Source: Dimorphilus gyrociliatus
Lineage: Eukaryota > Animalia > Annelida
Length of the DNA stretch: 64,000 nt
Assembly: GCA_904063045.1 (NCBI GenBank)
Contig: CAJFCJ010000006.1
Span: 3,922,408 to 3,986,407 of the forward strand
Direction of reading: 5' to 3'
The notes beneath the pieces are model-generated. The model made no database searches. It was not told the origin of the DNA and worked only from the letters and a program-made list of their open reading frames with translations. Position numbers and translations under genes: made by a program. Shown piece after piece: positions 13,147 through 22,245 of this stretch (position 1 is the first letter of the stretch; each line of letters begins with the position of its first letter).

Positions 13147-13613
13147 TCATGTATCAGATTTCTCTTCAGTTTCTGCTTGTTTTGCTGCTAAATTTGCAGC
13201 TTCATCTGTTGCTTGTTTTGCTGCTAGTTTTGCAGCTTCATCTGTTGCTTCCTTGTTTTTCTTTTGCTGAAGTTCAACAAAAGTGGCAATCATCTTTTGA
13301 TTGCCGGCCACGAATTTGCTACTGCAGGATTCCACACACATTTTCTATTGAAAAGAAACACATGAAAATTCCATCTACAGTTGAAAGAAAAGTAATATTT
13401 ATTACCTCATCCTCATTCAATCCAATACTATTAAAACACTTTGCACATCTTTGGAAACATTGTTCTGTAATACGATTATAAGTTTGAAGCATGTCCTTGA
13501 GCTGTTGAGCGATAATGTAATAACTTTATCTTTAAATTGAAAATTATTATATTAAAATATACATTTGAAATATTGCTTTCGTTTACTGGAACACCACCAA
13601 GTGACGCTGACAT
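13147..13613 (-). CDS. TIMM10B: Mitochondrial small Tim chaperone Tim10B/Tim9b (3 exons)
   Basis: Hand-spliced sequence MSASLGGVPVNESNISN-LKDMLQTYNRITEQCFQRC..LNEDE-KMCVESCSSKFVAGNQKMIATFVELQ has the twin CX3C motif and a Tim10B-like YNRxTExCFQRC. Only the last exon is in the ORF track. Confidence 0.85.
13175..13250. repeat. 36-bp tandem duplication (2 copies plus partial) in the TIMM10B tail
   Basis: gcttgttttgctgctaaatttgcagcttcatctgtt (13175-13210) and gcttgttttgctgctagttttgcagcttcatctgtt (13211-13246); encodes ATDEAAKLAAKQ / ATDEAANLAAKQ. Confidence 0.9.
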
Positions 13614-14017
13614 ATTGATATCAATTTAAAAAATATTATCAAAACAAACAATGTGTAGACACTTAAACGTTGTGATTGCTTCACAAAATTAAATTTCTTT
13701 CAATCTTATTTTGGAATAAATTCGATTTTTTATCTAAAAATTACTTATATCACGGTAAAAATAATTTAAAAAATAAAACTAAATATTAGGGATGTAAATT
13801 CGAGGAAAAGTTGTTCATCAACTCCAAATTTATACATAAACCAGTATAACGAGATATTGCGAGATTTGCGGCGTGAACGATTCATCGTCAGCAATTCCAC
13901 TGTTTTATCTCCAGCCGTTGCACTTACCTTTGAAAATTAATTTATTGTTAATTATTAAATTGCAAGGGGCTGGATATATATTATTTTTCTTATCCGACTT
14001 ATTGATATTTTTGAAGA

Positions 14018-15903
14018 ATGGAGGAAAAAGACAAAGGAGAAGATGAACAATTTGAGAGGGATTTGAAAAATATGCTAAAGGATGGTTAGTACCACTTAAC
14101 GCTGACTCAAATTATCTTATTAAAATATTATATATATTTAACAATTGATATTTAGTGGTATTATCTACTGATTCATTATCACTAACATTCTAATTATTCT
14201 TGTTAAAGTAGGGCCTTCTATAAGTCCAACTGCTGACACTGTTCAAGGCGATTTATCAACTTCCACAAATCCTATGTCTATGCCTTCGACTAGTGTTCCG
14301 AGATCTGCCTCAGGTCCAATTCAAGGAAGATTACCTGGTATTAAAATATTTTTCCTTAAAATATGAATAGTCATGTCATCGATTTGTCTAATTATTAGAT
14401 GCAGCATCCGTTCCTCATTCACCGTCTGTAAACGGACACAGTTCATCTGTTACACAGCTTAACTTAAATTCCTCATCCAAGTTGGATGCAATAAAAGACT
14501 GGTCAATTAGTACATTTAAATGCACAAAACAACTTATTTCGGAGAAATTTGGAAACAGTTCAAGAACCGTGGATGTTGAATTAGAGAGTCAAATTGAAGT
14601 TCTTCGAGATACACAAAGAAGGTAAGTTTTTGGAAAATTTAAACTAAACTTGAATAGAGAGATTTTATTCCTTAAATACATTTACCAGATATTCCAATTT
14701 ACTGAGATTGGCTAGGTTATTGGCTAATCAATTGTCTGGTGTTTTTACAACCCAAAGAGTCATGAGTGAAGCATTTAGCGATTTGGCCCAAAAATCTTTG
14801 GAACTACAAGAAGAATTTGCCTCCAATTCTGAAACTCAAAAGAACCTAGCCAAAAGTGGAGAATCTTTAATAGGAGCTCTGAATTTCTTCATTTCGGGCA
14901 TTAATACCTTAACACATAAAACGATGGAGGATACGTTGCAAACAATTCGAAATTATGAGACAGCCAGGTAATTTATATTGAGAAAAAAAAATTCATATTC
15001 ATCTTTTTAACATTAACATGTTGTATTTAGAGTTGAATATGATGCCTACCGGTTAGATGTTGAGTCGCTTCAGCTTCGTCCAAGAGATGCAACTACGATG
15101 CAAAAACTCAAGGAGGCTGAAAATAAACATGCTTATCACAAAGCAAAATTTGAGCGTTTAAGAGGGGATGTTTCGATCAAGATGAGATTTCTTGATGAGA
15201 ATAGAGTAAGTTTTATATAAGGATAGCAATTTGAAAATGATATGTACTTCAAAAAAATTACTTACCGTATATTAAAAAAAAATGTAAAGAATGTCGGTGT
15301 TAAAAACATTTTACATCCAGCCAAAGGAACAATTTATTCTTTAAAAGCTTTTAGCTTTTTATGTTTTATTTCAAAAAATTTTAATTCTTTGGGGTAGAGC
15401 ATTTATTATTTTTTGTTGGCACAGTACCAGGTATCTGTGCGACAGTTACGACACCTGCAATCATCAATGGCTTCTTGGGTCGGTTCTAATGCCGATGCGG
15501 TGTGTCCAACACCTCCTCACACAAGGTTGTGTTTCGTTGTTTGTAATGGCTGGCGCTATCCCTCTACATTATTTTATTAGGAGAAAGATTTTTTGATTTT
15601 ATTAGTGCATGGGACGCGAATCTTGGGTTTAATTTTCAGCGATTAATTAGATTTTCGTTTAGAAATTGATAATTTTAGCAGTTATTATGTTGCAACTTCT
15701 ATAATTACAAAATAGTAACTAAAGAATTATTATTTTTTTTCTTACAGGTTAAAGTAATGCAAAAACAGTTGCTACTGTTTCACAACGCTGTCTCTCATTA
15801 CCATACTGGAAATGTGGTAGCATTGGAAAAGACAATGAAACAATTTAGTATAAAATTAAAAACTCCCAATTCTTCAAATCCCTCTTGGTTAGAACAATCT
15901 TGA
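14018..15903 (+). CDS. ARFIP2: Arfaptin (AH/BAR domain)
   Basis: [57 protein letters not shown], and C-terminal [34 protein letters not shown]1 versus ARFIP2 cannot be separated in an invertebrate. Confidence 0.92.
15425..15525 (+). CDS. Candidate alternative (duplicated) arfaptin exon inside the 542-nt last intron
   Basis: Polypyrimidine tract plus cag acceptor at 15424, phase 0. Open frame [33 protein letters not shown] aligns without gaps to [26 protein letters not shown]. Candidate donor AAG|gttgtg at 15525; otherwise the frame reads through to TAG at 15578-15580. Confidence 0.65.
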
Positions 15904-17081
15904 AGCGATGAGAATAGAAATAAAATCATAAGATTTTTCTATAAAATATAGGCAGATGGGTAATTAAAAAAAAAAACTAACAAACAAATCTATTAAGTTA
16001 TTTTCTTCATCTCTGTTTCTCTATTTTTCTTCTTTTTACTATCTTCTTATTTGTTCCTTTATTTTCTTTTTGTTTCTTCTTGAAGTGCATGCTTTACTGC
16101 TTTAGATTGTTTGTGATGCTTGATGACGTATCTGGTTTTTAAGTCTTCCTAATGGACTTTTTAAAATATTTCATTAGTACAATACTAAATGTGTCTGTTA
16201 TACAAGTATTTATGTTCAGTATAATTTATATTTTTTTTCTGAATTAATTGCTATGCTTGTCTCTAAAATTAATCAACCTGAAAAAAAAAATTCTGTTACC
16301 TTGCTAGTCTTAACGTTTTCACATTCCATATATACAGTTTATATACAGTTGATTCTTGTGTTTCGTTTTGTGACCGTCATTTTTTTAATAAGGTCAATTG
16401 TATTATAGTACAAATATTTATTTACCGGGATGGGAATAACAATAATAAATACAATTCGGTTTGAAAGATAACAGTATTTTTATGATATGTTGAAAATTTC
16501 CGTTTATTTTCTAATAAGGATATATTATATGTATTACTTTATAATTAATTCTCACCTCTACGATCCCTACTGCTATTTCATGCTAAATTATTAACAGCTT
16601 CTCATATAAAGGAAAGGTTTTCCAGTACATATTTTAAGGGAAATTATAAACAAAGCCTGCCCTATTTTTTCCATTAGAAATGTAGCTAAATTGTCGTTTG
16701 GCAAAAGACGTAGCTTTGGTTGAAAGACAACATAACTAATGGCGTTCTATCTTTACATTACCACTTTTTCTCCCTTATTACAGCATCTTCAATGCGAAAA
16801 AGTAGCCAAATTAAGACCTTAGTTACATGGAAAATCTAAACGTGAACATATCAGCTCAGGATACAAGATTAGAGAATAAGTGTATAAAAAAAAATACATT
16901 TATGGTTTATAAATAGCAAAGATCTATACAACTAAAAAAAACTCTTTATTATTGAATTTCTGAGAAAAAGAGAAGAAAAAAATTGATGTGTTTTTTCTCA
17001 TTTAAATATTCTTTATAAAATCTATCACCATTAAAAAAATATCTATCCTGCTCCCCTGCCCCTGTGCAATCTTTTGAAGAT

Positions 17082-18276
17082 ATGATAAATACTCTTTCCT
17101 GCTTGATCTTTGCTAATTGCTTTATTTTTATACTAATGTATAGTGACTATTGGCAAATGAATACAGGTATATCAATTTCTAGGGGAGTTATACGATGAGA
17201 TAGAGAAATAACAAATGCAAAATCTTTATCTGAAGGAAAAACTTTTTTTTGTACATGATATTTGAGAACTTTGAGGTATCAGGGATGTCTTTTTCAGGTG
17301 ATAGAGTATACGATTTAAGTGTTCAGCAAATATTGACAACAAAAATAAAGAGAGGGTCTGCTGAATTGAAAAAGTATTGCAGATCAATGAATAGATGGGG
17401 GCCGTTTTGTTTACAGAGATGTGGAGATTGTTTGAACAATAGTTGCAATCCACTTGGTGGAACTTGTGAGCAAGGATGCAGAAGAAACGATTATGCCTAT
17501 CAAATCAGATGCACAAACGATCTCAAACCTTTTTTACCAAAGGAATCAGAATATAAAAATCTGACGCAATTTAGAGTAAATATTCGCAAATACTGTACAA
17601 TACGTCCATTCGAAAGAACGTTTATTCATTTTTAAATGTTAATATTAAAATTACTTAGGAATTCTGGGCAGAGATGAGAAGAGGTTTAGAAGACGAATGG
17701 AAAGGATTTTGTAAGGGAACACAGAGATGGGGACCATTTTGCTTATTTTTATGCTCTAAAAATTGTCAAATCGGATGTGATTATATGGACGGAAGCTGCA
17801 ATAGAGGAGCATGTATAAAAGGCTACATTGGTATTAGATGTAACAAGTTAAGTCCGCTTGTCCAGGCTCAGAAGGCTTCTATAAAAGAGTATCCAACTGA
17901 AGCTATTTTTTCTGGTTTCACAATCGCATTTGTTGTTGTATCAAGTCTTGGGATAGGAATTTTGTGCTTTACGATAAACAAATACAGAAGAAATAGGAAA
18001 GAAGGTGGGAAAAGCCCAAAGCAACCTCATGAAAGTAACATAACAGATAATGGGATAAGGATAAAAACTGTCGACGAAACAACAATTGGAACTTCGCAGA
18101 ATGTAACTATAAGAGACTTTAAAAATTCTATCTTGAGTGAAATGAATAGAGCACCTACAAAAACTGCAATAAACAAAATTGGACGCTACTCTTTACCAGT
18201 TATTCATACCTCAGTGGTAAATAGTAGAGCTCCCCCGACACGAGATCTAAGCCCATTATTTTCCATTTCCAAGTGA
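17082..18276 (+). CDS. Type I membrane protein with two Cys-rich EGF/laminin-like (MEGF/SCARF-like) modules, 3 exons
   Basis: Hydrophobic signal exon MINTLSCLIFANCFIFILM; modules C..RWGPFCLQRCGDCLNNSCNPLGGTCEQGC and C..RWGPFCLFLCSKNCQIGCDYMDGSCNRGACIKGYIGIRC; TM AIFSGFTIAFVVVSSLGIGILCFTI; basic stop-transfer NKYRRNRK. Confidence 0.7.
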
Positions 18277-18644
18277 TAAATAACAAAAGAATTATAGAAA
18301 GTGAAAACTGAAGAATGAATGTAGTAGATTGTAAAAGTCTGTCAATGAAGAAACGATCATTGTTTCTTTTTTTTGTTTTTTTTTTATTCCTTCCTCCAAA
18401 GGACTAATAAAAAGAAACGATAAGACTCGTATCGATTACAATTATATATCTCTAGTATCTTGGTAAAAAATCACTTGACAAAATCATATACTTTGTTCTT
18501 AATGGTAGACTCTTACTTATTTCCCAGTACGAGTAAAGAGCAATTAGTTTGTCTAAAGGCCCTGATTTTTCTGGCAACACTATCGCCATCTATGAGAAAT
18601 CACATTTTATTATCTCGACAGACAACGACAGAACTTTCGATAGG

Positions 18645-19302
18645 ATGCCATCCACGAATACGCTAGGAAATGTAAAAAGCGGAAAGACTGTTTTCTTTCT
18701 CTGCGATATGCAAGAAAGATTTCGAACAGCTATAAAACATTTTAACGATATATTAGAAGTATCCAGACGTTTGGTTTCGGCAGCAAAAATTCTTAAAATA
18801 CCACTTGTCGTCACGGAACAATATCCAAAGGGATTAGGAAATACAGTATCAGAACTACAAGAAGCTACGGAGGCTGCTGTTGGTGTCTTTCAGAAGACTA
18901 AGTTTAGTATGATGATACCAGAGGTAGAGCATAGACTACCTGATTTGTGCGATGGAGCTCTAAAGCACATAGTCGTGTTCGGAGTTGAAACTCATGTTTG
19001 TGTACAGCAGACTGTCATAGACCTATTGCAGAAAAACTATGAAGTCTATGTCGTTGCGGATGCCACGTCAAGTCGGAGTTCAGTCGATAGAAAATTTGCT
19101 TTAGAGGTTAATTGACTGCAGATTTTCACGCTTAGTCTGTAATTTTTCTGACTAATTTACTTTTTAGAGAATTCGGCAAGCAGGAGCGATCGTGACAACT
19201 GCCGAATCCCTACTACTGCAATTGGTTGGCAATAAGGATCATCAATTTTTCAAGGAAATACACCAAATAATACGATCGTGCCCACCACAATCTGGTTTAT
19301 AA
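18645..19302 (+). CDS. ISOC1: Isochorismatase domain-containing protein 1-like (2 exons)
   Basis: [52 protein letters not shown]; second exon [31 protein letters not shown]. The ATG at 18645 is preferred over the TTG start in the ORF track. Confidence 0.88.
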
Positions 19303-20049
19303 AATATATCTATTTTTCCTGAAATGAAGAGAGAATGAGAAGATAGAAGGAGAGATGAAAGGCGGAAAAATTCATATCGATTTTTAAAAGTAGGAAGGGA
19401 AGACCCAAAAAGACAAATAAAATTATCTTTTTTTTGTCAATACATCGTATTATACGCCACAAGGGCAGAAATGATGCATATACTTATTAATGCTGTCGTA
19501 CAACTGCAACAGCCCGCAAAATATGCTATATATTTATTATTATCATTATAACCCTGTTAGTTTCCGTATGAAAGAAACAGTAAATATGTTCGGTAATGGA
19601 GAAGAAACGGTGGAATGTGAACCGAATACCAAGTGTGTGCTCTTCTGTTATTCTTCACCTTCCCTGCGGGTAGTTCCTTTTCTTTGTTATATTTTATACA
19701 CGGCACGTTTATATTGTACATTTACTTTATCCATATATACCCGTGAGCCATGAATTAACAGTAATTGGTTAAGTCAATATCCATCATATGCTCTCTATAT
19801 GACGTTAGACGCCTCGGGTTTCTAATCTCGATCTACTTTTATTTCGCACTCGATATGAGTTTCTTTCGTTAAGGAAAGGAAAACAATTCTCTTGTTTATA
19901 TGTTACAATATTAATCCTTTTAATAATTTCTTTTATTTATAAAATGCTTTGTTTTGTTTCTATATATCCTATAAAATTATAAAGTTTGTTATACAGTATA
20001 TATATTGTATAAATATACATATACATGTAATAATGGAAAAGGTAGGCTA

Positions 20050-20697
20050 TTAGGTCAAGGAAAATCCTGCTGAAACGAATGAAAATATAAAAGACATTAT
20101 AGCTAAAGAGTAGCAAAAATGAAACGTTCTAATTGGTATCTTGACTGTGTACAGAATGACGCTTATTAGGGTGCAAACGCCTGCGGGAAGAAAGTAAACA
20201 TTTCGTAAATTGTAAAAATTGCTTTTGTCAAAGATAAAAGAGGATAAAATCTTACCGGCTAGAACATTAAGTCCACAAATGTATTTTGGTAGAGCTGACT
20301 TTTTTGACATGCAAACTATACCTATACCGACTGATGCGAAGAAGAGGAAGGCTAATGATAAACACATCAGCACTCTGAATCCGGTAAACCAACCTAAGAC
20401 TGTATCAGTGGGAGTGTTAAAGTTAATTTACTCTCATATTGTTATTTGAAATAGTGTATTGAATATTTTACTTGGGGGTACTTCATGATAGTAATCATCT
20501 TCAAATTGAAAACATATATCTGTCCTCCATTTTACAAAACATATCCACCAGAGACCATGATACTCCGAACGAATATGATTGCCGTTGTATGACCAATAAG
20601 GAGTTGCGAATATTGCAATTTGAATGAGAAAATTTAACGGTATAGTTGCTGATACAACTCTTATAAACGAAACCGGTTTTGCTTCCAATTCAGCCAT
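20050..20697 (-). CDS. Claudin/PMP22-superfamily tetraspan membrane protein (2 exons)
   Basis: Claudin signature in loop 1 (PYW..YHGLWWICFVK..DICFQF) and four hydrophobic segments; a short intron near 20390-20470 joins the two ORF fragments in frame. Confidence 0.8.
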
Positions 20698-20979
20698 CTT
20701 TCTAATGTTTCAGGTAATCGAACATGTTTAGAATCTTTCGCAGGTAAACGAGATAAGATAAGAAAAATGAAATTTACTGCCACCTAGTGGTAGAGAAGTT
20801 TGTTTTGAAACTTTTTGGATGTTGTAAGAAACTGCCTAATTGTTTATTAAACATATTCCAATCGATATAATAGTATTTTTTTTATACATATTGTATTAAG
20901 GATATACTATATTAGTATAACATACTGGCAATTTTTTTCGTACACTGTATTTAAATCAAATCAATATCAGTAGGCCTAA

Positions 20980-20993
20980 GTCACTAAGGAAAC
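20980..20993. promoter_or_regulatory. Candidate RFX X-box upstream of the RJL-type GTPase
   Basis: GTCACTAAGGAAAC resembles GTNRCYNNRGNAAC and lies about 90 nt upstream of ATG 21084. Confidence 0.5.
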
Positions 20994-21083
20994 GAACTCC
21001 TTGATTATAAAGCTTAAGCTAGGCTAACAAAAATATAGTTAGAAAACATTAATAACAAATGTTAATATGATTAAAAATAGGAC

Positions 21084-22114
21084 ATGAACAAGGATCGAGA
21101 AGCCTTAAACAAGAAAGTACTTGGTGTAGTTTCAGATCTAGTCTGGATAAAGGTAAGATATAATTAAAATAGAAGACAATAATAGAGTAAATTGTAATAA
21201 TAAAGATATAGTATATACAGTATACATATACAGTATTTATATATATATATAATCATTGTTTAGCCATTACTTTCTAATCTATTGACATTAAATGGCCATT
21301 TAATAACTTTCCTTTTTCAATAAAATATATTTACAGATTGTTGCAATTGGCGATTTAGCTGCTGGAAAAACTTGTTTAATAAAGCATATTTGTGAGAGTA
21401 AGGTAATTACATTGCTAATATTCAATACTTAACAATTATATTCAAATATTTCATATATTAATAGTATAGTACTTCATATCAGCCTACTGTTGGAGTTGAT
21501 TATGGCTTTAAAATACACGATATTAATAATGAAGAATGTAAGTTTTATAAATGTTTTTTAATGAAATATGCTATCTATTTCTATTGTTAATAGTAAGAGT
21601 TCATTTATGGGATTTATCTGGTTCTGATGAATATTTTGAAGTTAGAAACGAATTATATAATGGTACTGATGCTTTTTTGTTTGTATTCGATGTTACAAAT
21701 TCACAAAGTTTTGATAAACTCGATTATTGGTTTAAAGAGACTAATAAATACTGTACAAATGACTTTGACACTTATATTATTGGTAATAAGGTAGATAGTT
21801 TACCCATAGCTTTATTATTCTATGAATACAATCAAATTCTTTTCTTCTCACTTTAATAGACTGACTTAAGAGCCAAGAGAATTGTACCTGCAGCAGAGGG
21901 GAAAAGATATGCCTCATCCAGAAAATCCAAGTAAGCTCTACTATTATTTTGTTGACATAATAAAATGATTAATTCTATAGTGTTTTTAGCTATTTAATGT
22001 GTTCTATTGTTCTTTTCTTTCAGATACTTTGAGACCTCTTGTCAAAGTGGAGAAGGAATTAATGGAATGTTTAATGAAGTATTATCAAACTGTTTATCGA
22101 AAAGACGAAAATAA
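21084..22114 (+). CDS. RJL/Rbj (DNAJC27-related) Ras-superfamily small GTPase without J-domain (6 exons)
   Basis: Spliced sequence WIKIVAIGDLAAGKTCLIKHICESKYSTSYQPTVGVDYGFK..RVHLWDLSGSDEYFEVRNELY..GNKTD..YFETSC. CE.K, DYG and EVRNE.Y features match the RJL family. No switch-II Gln and no CAAX; ends CLSKRRK* at 22114. Confidence 0.78.
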
Positions 22115-22170
22115 CACACTCAATTTTACTTCCACTAACAATATATTATTAATTGCTTTTGTAGTAAAGA

Positions 22171-22227
22171 TTGCGCGAAACCGGAAATAAAGTTATATTC
22201 TAGTAATTTTTCGTCTGTTGCGCATGC
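22171..22227 (+). promoter_or_regulatory. Compact promoter/polyA overlap: E2F-like GCGCGAAA, ETS-like CCGGAAAT, AATAAA, NRF1-like GCGCATGC
   Basis: ttgcgcgaaaccggaaataaag at 22171-22192 and gcgcatgc at 22220-22227, inside the 131-nt gap between the GTPase stop and the SAFB ATG. Confidence 0.45.
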
Positions 22228-22245
22228 TCACTCACCATATATAAA

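Noticed and set aside
15415-15575. Arfaptin intronic island read as an H/ACA snoRNA (several small hairpins, ACA near the 3' end)
   Set aside because: No convincing hairpin-hinge-hairpin-tail layout; the open frame homologous to the last exon explains it better.
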